Assembly (NCBI GenBank): GCA_029940695.1
Contig: JAPYUP010000001.1
Coordinates: forward strand, 75,385-139,384
DNA length: 64,000 nucleotides
Origin: Candidatus Thalassarchaeaceae archaeon
Lineage (GTDB): Archaea > Thermoplasmatota > Poseidoniia > Poseidoniales > Thalassarchaeaceae
Direction of reading: 5' to 3'
The translations under genes were made by a program, and so were the position numbers. Below, piece after piece: positions 18,937 to 27,813 of this stretch. The notes under the pieces were generated by a model. That model saw only the letters and a program-made list of their open reading frames with translations, ran no database searches and was not told where the DNA came from. Numbering within the stretch: position 1 is the stretch's first letter; every line of letters starts with the position of its first letter.

Positions 18937-19989
18937 TTGTCCATTACGATTGCCTCAGCGAAAGTTAGGGCCCGTCCAGTGATAGCGCAAACCGGTCCGA
19001 GTTGTCCTGATGCGGTTGACAACTTGCTTGGGTCAGGCATGGCATTGCCTGCTACGCTTGATTTTTCATCCTTGCGAACCAAGTGTCCCCATGCAAACCC
19101 ATTTCAACTCAATGGCCGGCGAGGAACCGTGTCAGTTGAACCACTGCTAGTTAGAATAGGACATTCACCAGACCCTGATGACGCATTCATGTTCTTCGGA
19201 TTAACTTCAGGCGTGATAGAAACCCCAGGACGTGTGTACGAGCATTCCCTTGTCGACATAGACACCCTGAATATAGAGGCCCGAAAGAGCACCTACGAGG
19301 TCTCCGCAGTTAGCATTCGCTCGTTCCCAGATATCTCAGAGGAATACGCCCTGATGAACTGCGGTGCCTCTATGGGCGAGGGATACGGTCCGATGGTCAT
19401 CTCCAATATGCCAATGAGTGAGGAAGAGGCTAGCGAGAAGACAATTGCAATTCCTGGTTTCAGCACCAGTGCCTTCCTCACGCTGAGACTGGCATTAGGA
19501 GAGGTTAGTGTGGTCGAAGTTCCCTTCGACGAAATTCTCCCTGGTGTAATCCTTGGGAAGTACGACGTCGGTGTAATCATCCATGAAGGTCAGCTGACAT
19601 GGAAGGGTGACGGCGTGCATCTTGTTCTGGATCTTGGTATGTGGTGGAATCAAACAACGGGGCTGCCTTTACCACTTGGGGGGAACGTCGTCAGGAAGGA
19701 CCTAGGTGAAATAGTTTGCAGAGAAATCACAAGGGACGTCAGAGCGAGTATCAGACATGCACTGGATAACCCAGAGAAGGCTCTTGAGTTCGCACGTCAA
19801 TGGGGGAGGGGGATCGATGAGAGCACCAACGAAAAGTTCGTATCGATGTATGTGAACGAGCGTACAGTCGATTATGGACCAGAAGGCCGTGAGGCAATCA
19901 GGCTATTCTTGAAGAAAGGACAGGAAATCGGGCTTGTTAGGGGGGACATGGATGTGCGGGACATTCAATTCGTAGGGCATGATGATTAG
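18937..19989 (+). CDS. mqnD: MqnA/MqnD-family (VitK2 biosynthesis, PBP-like fold) protein, probably 1,4-dihydroxy-6-naphthoate synthase MqnD
   Basis: GHSPDPDDAFMFFGL N-terminal block and a periplasmic-binding-protein-like profile. Paralog of the mqnA ORF in the same cluster. The A/D assignment is tentative. Confidence 0.55.
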   Translation: MSITIASAKVRARPVIAQTGPSCPDAVDNLLGSGMALPATLDFSSLRTKCPHANPFQLNGRRGTVSVEPLLVRIGHSPDPDDAFMFFGLTSGVIETPGRVYEHSLVDIDTLNIEARKSTYEVSAVSIRSFPDISEEYALMNCGASMGEGYGPMVISNMPMSEEEASEKTIAIPGFSTSAFLTLRLALGEVSVVEVPFDEILPGVILGKYDVGVIIHEGQLTWKGDGVHLVLDLGMWWNQTTGLPLPLGGNVVRKDLGEIVCREITRDVRASIRHALDNPEKALEFARQWGRGIDESTNEKFVSMYVNERTVDYGPEGREAIRLFLKKGQEIGLVRGDMDVRDIQFVGHDD

Positions 19990-20437
19990 TATGGAAAGCG
20001 AACAACCAGACACTAGTGAGTTCGGCTCAGTCGACCCTGCCCCCCCTAGTGAGTCGGTTAGTATTGGTTCCTTGAGGGAAACCCTATGCAATGAAGAAGA
20101 GCGAATGTTCCTCAGGATGAGGGCTCTTTTTGCTTTGAGGAACATCGGTGAAATTGAGGCCATCAACTCTCTGGCGGCTGCGTTCAATTCCGCCTCTGCC
20201 CTGCTCAAGCACGAAATCGCCTACGTCATGGGTCAGATGCAAGATGGCCATGCAGTGCACCACCTGGTAGAGAGGCTGGAGGACGAGAACGAGGACGTAA
20301 TGGTCAGGCATGAGGCAGCAGAAGCCCTAGGCGCGATAGGGGACACTACGGCCTTGGCAACACTGGAGAGGTTCAGGTGCGATCCTGAGATAGTTGTAGC
20401 AGAATCCTGCGAGGTTGCCATCGACCTCCTCGAGTGA
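19979..20437 (+). CDS. Half-size deoxyhypusine hydroxylase (DOHH)-like HEAT-repeat protein: four HEAT repeats carrying two His-Glu metal motifs
   Basis: LLKHEIAYVMGQMQD and VMVRHEAAEALGAIGD reproduce the two HE motifs of one DOHH dyad. Flanking segments (RALFALRNIG..., DPEIVVAESCEVAIDLLE) align to eukaryotic DOHH halves as I remember them. 152 aa. Confidence 0.6.
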   Translation: MMISMESEQPDTSEFGSVDPAPPSESVSIGSLRETLCNEEERMFLRMRALFALRNIGEIEAINSLAAAFNSASALLKHEIAYVMGQMQDGHAVHHLVERLEDENEDVMVRHEAAEALGAIGDTTALATLERFRCDPEIVVAESCEVAIDLLE

Positions 20438-20465
20438 ATATCAGGCGAACGCTTTGATTACCCGG

Positions 20466-21263
20466 CTAGTCGAAGTTAAACCACGTTGGTTCTTCTTCCA
20501 TGCCACAAACTTCCCTGAGAAAATGTAACAAGCCGGAAATGCTGTTGTTATCTAGAACGTTACTGACCCCTCGCTCGAAGTAAGATTCCATCCTATCCCT
20601 GGTAAAACCGAGACTTTCAGATGCTGCGCCGATGACCGCTGCCCTGACTTTGGAGTCTCTCTCGAAAAGATAGTACTGTTCCACCATGTCATCATGAGCC
20701 TCCCTCACGAGTTCGATAGGTGAGTCTCTTCTAGCAGCGAAAACGCCAAACACCATGGGCAATCCCGTCAGATTTGTCCACTCAGCCCCTAAATCTAGTT
20801 TCACCAAATCTGGATTGCGGCTAGCAGCTGAAAGGGCTCGGTCACCAATGAGCAAAGCCCCGTCGCAATCGCTCAGCATCGTCTCTATATCTGGCCCCAT
20901 CTCAACCATTTTTGGATCCAAATTAATGCCTTGGAGGAGCCATTTGAGCAGAGATTGCGAGGTTGAAGAGTCGGATGGTAGTGCGATGTCCCTCATTGAT
21001 TCGATTGGCCTGCTGCCGAAGAGCAGAACAGAGCCAACGCTCCCCTTACTAACGATGCCAAGATCTGGTATCAGGTGCATCACATCGGCGTGCAAGGCGT
21101 AGTCTGCAGTGGGAATGGGGGCTGTCAGGCAGTCTCTCCTAAGGAGATGTCCAGTTAGCCATGCAGGAGGGGCAGGGAGAATTTTCCAACGGCTGCCTAG
21201 GGATGAAAACACGGGATCACAATTGACGAATGCGACCCGTCCTAGAACACGCCTCCACGACAT
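20466..21263 (-). CDS. mqnA: Chorismate dehydratase MqnA (futalosine pathway). Start placed at the internal Met (MSWRRVLGRVAF...) just after the stop of the upstream radical-SAM gene.
   Basis: RVAFVNCDPVF N-terminal motif, ALLIGDRAL, and LTGLPMVFGVFAARRD, all typical of MqnA. The full ORF in the track (to 21380) would overlap the upstream gene by 110 bp. Confidence 0.6.
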   Translation of the reverse strand: MSWRRVLGRVAFVNCDPVFSSLGSRWKILPAPPAWLTGHLLRRDCLTAPIPTADYALHADVMHLIPDLGIVSKGSVGSVLLFGSRPIESMRDIALPSDSSTSQSLLKWLLQGINLDPKMVEMGPDIETMLSDCDGALLIGDRALSAASRNPDLVKLDLGAEWTNLTGLPMVFGVFAARRDSPIELVREAHDDMVEQYYLFERDSKVRAAVIGAASESLGFTRDRMESYFERGVSNVLDNNSISGLLHFLREVCGMEEEPTWFNFD

Positions 21264-21270
21264 GAATCCA

Positions 21271-22584
21271 CTACACCTGACCAGCAATCGGAAGGGGGAG
21301 GGTGGTTCGACCAAGTCCATCGAAGACCTCGAAGGATGTGTACGTCGAGTTTCTCTTAATGGGGACAAGTCCGGAGGCAATCACCAACCGAGCGAGCTCC
21401 TCCCTACTGTAATCCAACCTAGTCGTGCTACCTGCATCATGCATAATTTCCTCGTGTCCCACTGTTCCATCGATATCGTCAGCACCTGAATTGATTGCAA
21501 TAGAAGCCACGTAATCACCTATGTTCATTCTGTACGCTTTGATGTGTGGAATGTTGTCCAACAGTATCCTAGATGTTGCAATCACCCTTATGATCTCGTT
21601 TGCTGAAGCCAGTTGGGCCTCAGGAAGACGAGTGTTATCGGGAAGATATGGGTACGGTACGAAGCACTGGAAACCACCGGAGCCATCCTGTTGCACCCTA
21701 AGACAATCGAGGTGTATCATACGTTCCTCGACGGTTTCTATAGTCCCGAACAGCATGGTGCAGTTAGTTGGGATCCCTATCGAATGGGCGGTTCCGTGAA
21801 TTCCCAAATACTCCTTCGAAAGTTCCTTTCCACGGCAGATTCGATCTCTGACCGAATCTACTAGGATCTCAGCCCCCCCTCCGGGCAACGAGCCCAACCC
21901 TGCGTCTTTCAGCAGTTCCAAAGTCTTCCTGATGGGCAACCCCGATCTCTTAGAGATGTGCTTAATCTCAACTGAGGTGAGTGCCTTTATGTGAATTTCT
22001 GGGAATCGCGCCTTTATTGATTGAAATAGATTGGTGTAGTGCTCCACTGTCCACTGAGGATGCAGGCCACCGACAGCGTGCACCTCACCGATGTAGTTGC
22101 CATAAGGCTCGATACGGGAAACGAATTCTTCTGACGAGAGTGCATAGGATTCACTATGTCGAGGGCCCTTTCTAAACGCGCAGAACCTACAGGCCAACGT
22201 GCAGATATTCGTGGTGTTCACATGCAGATTGTCATTGAAGAATACATGATTGCCGAACCTCGATCGCTTGATCATGTCGGCTAGAGCACAGAGTCCCGCA
22301 AGCGAATTGTGATTATGTAGTAATACACCCCCTTCTACTGTAATTCTATGACCATCAATAACTTTCCTCAATGTCCCACTGAGTAGTGAGTCACGTTGAA
22401 CAGCGATGGGAGGTACCATCTCGGAGAGCTTCAGTCTCCAGCCCGAATTTGCATATGGCTGAGAATCGGACATCGAATTTCGATGAAACGAGCGGTCAAT
22501 AGGATTTGAACCCACGTTAGACAGAGGCATCGCGATGTAGAGTAGTTGAAAACTATCAATAGCCCGCATCACATCATCAATCAT
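21271..22584 (-). CDS. Radical SAM enzyme of the MqnC/MqnE (CofH-like) family, i.e. cyclic dehypoxanthine futalosine synthase or aminofutalosine synthase. The N-terminal ~70 aa may not be translated.
   Basis: CxxxCxxC cluster CTLACRFC in the NTTNICTLACRFCAFRKG context typical of MqnC/MqnE. Adjacent to mqnA. Confidence 0.65.
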   Translation of the reverse strand: MIDDVMRAIDSFQLLYIAMPLSNVGSNPIDRSFHRNSMSDSQPYANSGWRLKLSEMVPPIAVQRDSLLSGTLRKVIDGHRITVEGGVLLHNHNSLAGLCALADMIKRSRFGNHVFFNDNLHVNTTNICTLACRFCAFRKGPRHSESYALSSEEFVSRIEPYGNYIGEVHAVGGLHPQWTVEHYTNLFQSIKARFPEIHIKALTSVEIKHISKRSGLPIRKTLELLKDAGLGSLPGGGAEILVDSVRDRICRGKELSKEYLGIHGTAHSIGIPTNCTMLFGTIETVEERMIHLDCLRVQQDGSGGFQCFVPYPYLPDNTRLPEAQLASANEIIRVIATSRILLDNIPHIKAYRMNIGDYVASIAINSGADDIDGTVGHEEIMHDAGSTTRLDYSREELARLVIASGLVPIKRNSTYTSFEVFDGLGRTTLPLPIAGQV

Positions 22585-22599
22585 AGAGAGGAATCGCCG

Positions 22600-23415
22600 A
22601 TGCGCCTCAGTCTCGATGAATTATGTGAAATGGCTAGGAGATGTAGGTCAGATATAGTCAGAATGACGAACGCGGCCGGCTCCGGACATCCCGGTGGCTC
22701 TCTGTCTGCCATCGACCTCATGGTCGCTCTGTACGGAACCAATCTAAGATTCAGGGTCGACGACCCTAATTGGGAAGACCGTGATAGGTTCATATTGAGC
22801 AAGGGGCATGCTAGTCCAGCGATGTATGCTGTCCTCCACCAGATGGGCGTACTCGATGAAACCGACATCATGGGCTTCAGAAAGTCTGGGTCGGTCTGCC
22901 AAGGCCATGTTGACATGAGTTGGACGGACGGTGTGGACTTCTCCGGGGGTAGCCTCGGAATGGGCATGTCATTTGGCCTAGGATGTGCCATAGCAGCAAA
23001 GATGGATAATAGCCGACGAAATGTCTGGGTGATGATTGGCGATGGTGAGACGCAGGAGGGCCAAGTATGGGAGGCTGCTATGGCTGCGGCTTACCACAAC
23101 GCCTCGAACCTGAAGGTCATAGTCGATAAAAACAGGATTCAGAACGATGACTTCGTAGAGGTCCAGATGGGGATAGGCGACATTGCCTCAAAGTTCTCTT
23201 CGTTCGGCTGGGAGGTCAAGGAAGTCGATGGGCACGACATGGCCTCAGTGGTGGATGTGATTGACTGGGCTGTAACGTACCGAAAGGGGCCAGTTACAAT
23301 TGTCGCCCACACCACCAAGGGCAAGGGAGTCTCCTTCATGGAAGACAACCCCGCTTTCCATGGTAAGGCCCCAACCGATCAGGAACTGGAGTTGGCCTTG
23401 GGGGAACTGGCATGA
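22600..23415 (+). CDS. tktN: Transketolase N-terminal subunit (TPP-binding)
   Basis: GSGHPGGSLSAIDLMVALYG TPP-binding motif and GDGETQEG. Followed by the C-terminal subunit with a 4-bp overlap. Start taken at MRLSLDEL. Confidence 0.85.
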   Translation: MRLSLDELCEMARRCRSDIVRMTNAAGSGHPGGSLSAIDLMVALYGTNLRFRVDDPNWEDRDRFILSKGHASPAMYAVLHQMGVLDETDIMGFRKSGSVCQGHVDMSWTDGVDFSGGSLGMGMSFGLGCAIAAKMDNSRRNVWVMIGDGETQEGQVWEAAMAAAYHNASNLKVIVDKNRIQNDDFVEVQMGIGDIASKFSSFGWEVKEVDGHDMASVVDVIDWAVTYRKGPVTIVAHTTKGKGVSFMEDNPAFHGKAPTDQELELALGELA

Positions 23416-24371
23416 GTGCGTCCCTATCTGAGGGTGCTTCCAGAGATGGCTATGGCCGTGCGCTGCTAAGGCTCTCTGAGGACCCACGAGTAGTTGTTCT
23501 GGAAGCAGACCTAGGAAAGTCAACGAAGTCATGCCACTTTCGAACAGATCATCCAGAGAGGACGGTTTCTCTTGGTATTGCCGAGCAAAACATGATGCTC
23601 GTGGCCTCGGGGATGGCAGCCTCAGGGAAGATTCCTTTCGCTAGCACTTTTGCGATATTCTGCGAACGCGCCTTCGAGCAGATCAGGAATGGGATTGCCA
23701 GACCGGGACTGGCCGTTCACGTCTGTGGAAGTCATGGAGGAATTCACACCGGTTCAGACGGGAGCAGTGCGCAATCGATTGAGGATTTGGCAATCTACAG
23801 GACCTTGCCTGGGATGACTGTGATTCATCCGTGCGATGACCTATCTGCTGAGGAATTGACGATACAGCTCAAAGATATCGAAGGGCCATCATACATGCGT
23901 ACTGCGAGAAACAAGACGAAGCGTCTGTATGACGGTGATAGCGTGGGGGGCCTGAAGATTGGGAGCGGAAGTGTACTCAGGGAAGGGATGGATGTCGCCA
24001 TACTATCATGTGGAGTAATGGTCGAGCAATCACTCGAGGCGGCTGCTGACCTATCCAAAGAAGGCATCGAATCTACTGTGGTAGACATGCACACCATCAA
24101 ACCCCTTGATGATACACTGCTCGATAGGCTATCCGAAGAATGTGGTTGCTTGGTCACCGCAGAGGACCACTCGGTGATTGGGGGGTTGGGAAGCGCTGTG
24201 TCGGAATGGTTGTCCCTCAATCGGCCCATTCCTCTAGAGATGGTCGGCGTGGCCGACAGATTCGGTGAGAGTGGCGACTCAGACGATCTCATGCGAATAA
24301 TGGGCCTTACCTCGGCTGAAATTTTTGGTGCTGCGAAGCGTTCCATTGACAGGAGAAACACCGTTCCATGA
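23412..24371 (+). CDS. tktC: Transketolase C-terminal subunit (pyrimidine-binding and C-terminal domains)
   Basis: Transketolase_C-like profile. Coupled to the N-terminal subunit gene. 319 aa. Confidence 0.85.
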   Translation: MSASLSEGASRDGYGRALLRLSEDPRVVVLEADLGKSTKSCHFRTDHPERTVSLGIAEQNMMLVASGMAASGKIPFASTFAIFCERAFEQIRNGIARPGLAVHVCGSHGGIHTGSDGSSAQSIEDLAIYRTLPGMTVIHPCDDLSAEELTIQLKDIEGPSYMRTARNKTKRLYDGDSVGGLKIGSGSVLREGMDVAILSCGVMVEQSLEAAADLSKEGIESTVVDMHTIKPLDDTLLDRLSEECGCLVTAEDHSVIGGLGSAVSEWLSLNRPIPLEMVGVADRFGESGDSDDLMRIMGLTSAEIFGAAKRSIDRRNTVP

Positions 24372-24424
24372 ATACCATGATGGCGGTCATTTCATAGGGG
24401 TCGGGATGGCGAGAATCATACTGA

Positions 24425-25009
24425 ATGGATGACTCCGATGCGGTGAAGAGGTTACTCGATGGCACTATCGAGCCCTCGGAAATTGAGGGTAACCCCCATC
24501 TGTTTTCCATGGCCGAGAGGATTTACGGCAGAGAAGCACTGGAAGAGCTTGGTGTGTTCCCCCCAAAGATCGAGACTCCTGTTGTTCCTGAGAACATCGG
24601 AACCATCCCCTTAGGAGTTAGCCTTCCAGACTTTCAACCCGAACTAGACATATTGAAGACAGGAGACGTGGAAAGGAAGAAAGGAAAGAGAAGGTTAGTT
24701 ACCATTGGATTAGGAATTCTAGGTCTCCTCGGTGTCGGCTTCAACCTAGTGAAAGGAGTTGGTTGGGTACTTTGCTCAACAGGAATTGCCAACATGAGGG
24801 AGGTTTGCTCTGAAGGAAATACCAAGATTATTTGGCACAAATCATTCGGTTGGGATAATCTTCACCAAACTGAAACATGGGTTCAACCCATGCAAATTGA
24901 CCTGACAGACGGGGTACTGTTGGTGATATTTTCGCTGTTGACTCTGATTGGCATTTTCGTCAGAAAGAAGTCAGTACATTCGGGCGATGTACTGCCTCCT
25001 CTGGGTTGA
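24425..25009 (+). CDS. Hypothetical membrane protein with two predicted TM helices
   Basis: ORF with hydrophobic segments (LVTIGLGILGLLGVGF, VLLVIFSLLTLIGIFV). No motif recognised. Its 3' end overlaps proS convergently by about 39 bp. Confidence 0.3.
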   Translation: MDDSDAVKRLLDGTIEPSEIEGNPHLFSMAERIYGREALEELGVFPPKIETPVVPENIGTIPLGVSLPDFQPELDILKTGDVERKKGKRRLVTIGLGILGLLGVGFNLVKGVGWVLCSTGIANMREVCSEGNTKIIWHKSFGWDNLHQTETWVQPMQIDLTDGVLLVIFSLLTLIGIFVRKKSVHSGDVLPPLG

Positions 25010-26491
25010 CTTGCCGGTTATAACGCAAACATGTGGTTCTACAAAAGAATGGTCGCAATCGCCAAGAAGAGTCATTCCAGTCAGTTTCTCTAGGACTTCG
25101 GCGTCTGAGTCATTGCCATCGAAGGCAACCTCGTAGACAATACCCTTCTCGAATTGTTCAGCGAACTCCAAGTTTCCTTCCTCGCCAACAAGTGGAGGTA
25201 GTGGTTTGACCAAATCCTCGAAGTTCCTGTTGGCACGTAATCTAAGTTCGTCCGCCATAGAATCCAGAGCATCGGATACGGTGGATGCGATGCCATCTAT
25301 GGGGGGTGCCATCTTTCCCCCAGTCCTCAGTGAGATGATACATTTCCCTTTGGCGATATCTCGGGGACCGAGCTCAAGTCTGATTGGTGCCCCCCTAATT
25401 TCCCAATCATAGTGCTTCACACCGGGCCTTACATCCCGATCGTCAATCTTCACCCTTATTCCAGCTGATGATAGTTCGTCGGCGAGCGCCTCCACGGCCG
25501 GGATGACACTATCGTCGGCATGGGCAGCCACCGGCATCAGGATGACTTGGAAAGGAGCCACCGAAGGGGGCAAGATTAGTCCATTGTCGTCTCCATGCAT
25601 CCCCACTACTGCCCCCAATAACCTCTCAGACATTCCGAAGGTGGTTTGATGGCAGAGCTTCGTCTGCCCGTCCGCGGCCTCGTACGACAGGTCGAAAGTG
25701 TCCGCCCACTGGTCTCGATAGTGATGATAGGTTGCGACCTGTAACGTTCGTCCGTTAGGCATCACTACGTCAGCGGCCTTGGAGAACCAAGCTCCGGGGA
25801 AAGTGTCCCAGACGGGCCTCTTCGATACAATGGAGGGCAGGCAGAGATCATGGAGTATCCGTTGGACCATCTCGGCGTCCTCCTCGATTTGACGGTTCGC
25901 GCCATCCTCGTCCGCATGGACTGTGTGTGCCTCAAAGAAGTGGATTTCTCGGACACGGATGAATGACCGGGTCTGCTTCGTCTCGTAGCGGAAGGTATTG
26001 ACAATTTGGAATGTCTTCAGTGGGAGGTCGGCGTGGCTTCTGACCCATAACGAGAACATGGTGTACATCGGAGTCTCGGAAGTCGGACGCAGGAACATGG
26101 GAACCTCTAGTTCGTTCTCGCCGCCACGAGTAACCCAATAGACCTCCTTCTTGAACCCCGAATTATCATCATCCATTCGGAGTTCTGATGGGTCCACACC
26201 AGCTTCCCGGGCTGCCTTAAGCTTAGAGACGAGGCGGTTCTCCTTCTCGAGAAGGTCCTCTGGTACGAGCAGGGGGAAATTGTACTCCTGATGTCCAGTT
26301 CTCGTCATCTCTGAACGAGCGAGGCCATCAATCAGGTTCATCGTGCTCAAGCCATACGGTTTCCAAACATCCATGCCCTTGATTGGATACCTCTTATCGA
26401 CCAAATCCGCAATCTCGATGATGGCAGGGTACCACACGTTGAAATCCGACTTCGGTGGGATGCCGCGCTTGGCTTTCCTTGGACTTGTCAT
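24971..26491 (-). CDS. proS: Prolyl-tRNA synthetase, archaeal/eukaryotic type. Start placed at the internal Met, MTSPRKAK.
   Basis: SDFNVWYPAIIEIADLVDKRYPIKGMDVWKPYG closely matches the archaeal ProRS N-terminus. Class II motifs (FRYE..., R..E.H.FEAH) are present. Confidence 0.8.
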   Translation of the reverse strand: MTSPRKAKRGIPPKSDFNVWYPAIIEIADLVDKRYPIKGMDVWKPYGLSTMNLIDGLARSEMTRTGHQEYNFPLLVPEDLLEKENRLVSKLKAAREAGVDPSELRMDDDNSGFKKEVYWVTRGGENELEVPMFLRPTSETPMYTMFSLWVRSHADLPLKTFQIVNTFRYETKQTRSFIRVREIHFFEAHTVHADEDGANRQIEEDAEMVQRILHDLCLPSIVSKRPVWDTFPGAWFSKAADVVMPNGRTLQVATYHHYRDQWADTFDLSYEAADGQTKLCHQTTFGMSERLLGAVVGMHGDDNGLILPPSVAPFQVILMPVAAHADDSVIPAVEALADELSSAGIRVKIDDRDVRPGVKHYDWEIRGAPIRLELGPRDIAKGKCIISLRTGGKMAPPIDGIASTVSDALDSMADELRLRANRNFEDLVKPLPPLVGEEGNLEFAEQFEKGIVYEVAFDGNDSDAEVLEKLTGMTLLGDCDHSFVEPHVCVITGKSTQRRQYIARMY

Positions 26492-26540
26492 GGTGCTTCT
26501 CCCAGCCGCCAATCGCTTCAATGATTCGTATACGAGGTGC

Positions 26541-27734
26541 TCAATTGGATGAGATGATAGCCTCGATGGCCTCGCACAGCTCAAGGTCGTCCTTCATTGA
26601 ATGAACCGAACCGTCAGGCTTCACAATCCTGCACCTAGGGGTGTTCTCATCCCTGACTTCTCCCATTAGGTTCGCGACGACTGCATCGACCCGATAGGTA
26701 GCAATCTGCTCCATCGCCCTTTCAACGAGGACGCCCTCAGAGACACCGACCTCGAGTTTGAAGCCTATTCGAATAGATTCTCCCACTAATGGGGAAAGTT
26801 TAGCGATATGCTTCGGTCCGGGACTCAAGGTTAGTTCCCACGACTCTGCGCCGCTGGCCTTCTTTCCCTCTTCAGGACGCGAGTAATAATCCAGTACTGC
26901 GGCGGCATGAATCCAAGCTTCGGGCTTATTTTCTGCCTTGGCAACTTTCAAGGAAACTGAGAGCATCCCATCCGGAGTACCATCCCTGCGTACGTCTGGC
27001 AGTAGGAATGAGGGGGATGCTGAGGTCTTTCCCGCAATGCATATGATGTCGTGCCCCATCCTATGGAGATACTCGGCTATGGTCCAACCGGTTTGTCCAG
27101 AAGAGGCGTTTTGAATCGCTCTCACTGCATCTATGGGCGCCCTGTTAGCCCCTAATGTAATGGCGATTCGCCTTCGGTTGTCGAGTTTCTTATTGAGAAG
27201 ATTGCAGAGTTTGGCAACGATTGAAATCGCGTCAGGTTGCTTCCTACGACCCTCACTTGAATCATCAACGAGAACGGCTGCTCCGTCGGCTTCCAGCGCA
27301 TCAATCAATTCTCCCGTAACAGGGTCATCGAATAGGTCGTCGTGCATCGATGGGACGAACAACAGGGGAGTACCGTTGCCCCTGGCAGCAGAAAGAGCCA
27401 TCATGACCGGGGAGTCGATGATGCCATGAACGTGCTTGGCTATCGTGTTTCGGGTGGCCGGAGCCAGCAGGACCCCATCGAACTCAGCGAGTTGTGCCAT
27501 TTCCGGGTCCCAGTCTGTAAGAACGTCTGTTCCTGAACCCCATGAGAGAGCCAGTGGGGTGATTATCTTCTCAGCGCTGCTTGTCATCATAGTGACGATT
27601 GTAGCCCCATGCCGTCGAAGCTCCCTTGCGAGTTTGACAGACTCAACTGCAGCGATTCCTCCGGAAACAGCAAACAAGACTGTTCTACCTGCCAGGCAGC
27701 GGCTGCTGATCTCAACTCCGGTGTCGCCTCTCAC
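26541..27734 (-). CDS. coaBC: Bifunctional CoaBC: phosphopantothenoylcysteine decarboxylase and phosphopantothenate-cysteine ligase. Probable GTG start at 27734, because the longer ORF would overlap the thiolase gene.
   Basis: Flavoprotein N-domain GRTVLFAVSGGIAAVESVKLARELRRHGATI. DFP/CoaB C-domain with HAAAVLDY and a ...TLGANR-like region. Confidence 0.75.
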   Translation of the reverse strand: MRGDTGVEISSRCLAGRTVLFAVSGGIAAVESVKLARELRRHGATIVTMMTSSAEKIITPLALSWGSGTDVLTDWDPEMAQLAEFDGVLLAPATRNTIAKHVHGIIDSPVMMALSAARGNGTPLLFVPSMHDDLFDDPVTGELIDALEADGAAVLVDDSSEGRRKQPDAISIVAKLCNLLNKKLDNRRRIAITLGANRAPIDAVRAIQNASSGQTGWTIAEYLHRMGHDIICIAGKTSASPSFLLPDVRRDGTPDGMLSVSLKVAKAENKPEAWIHAAAVLDYYSRPEEGKKASGAESWELTLSPGPKHIAKLSPLVGESIRIGFKLEVGVSEGVLVERAMEQIATYRVDAVVANLMGEVRDENTPRCRIVKPDGSVHSMKDDLELCEAIEAIISSN

Positions 27735-27813
27735 ATGCGTGGTACCGCTTGGTGCTTCATGAGTGCGTCGACTGAGAGAGATGAAATGAAAGATCAGGAT
27801 GTTCGTATTGCGG

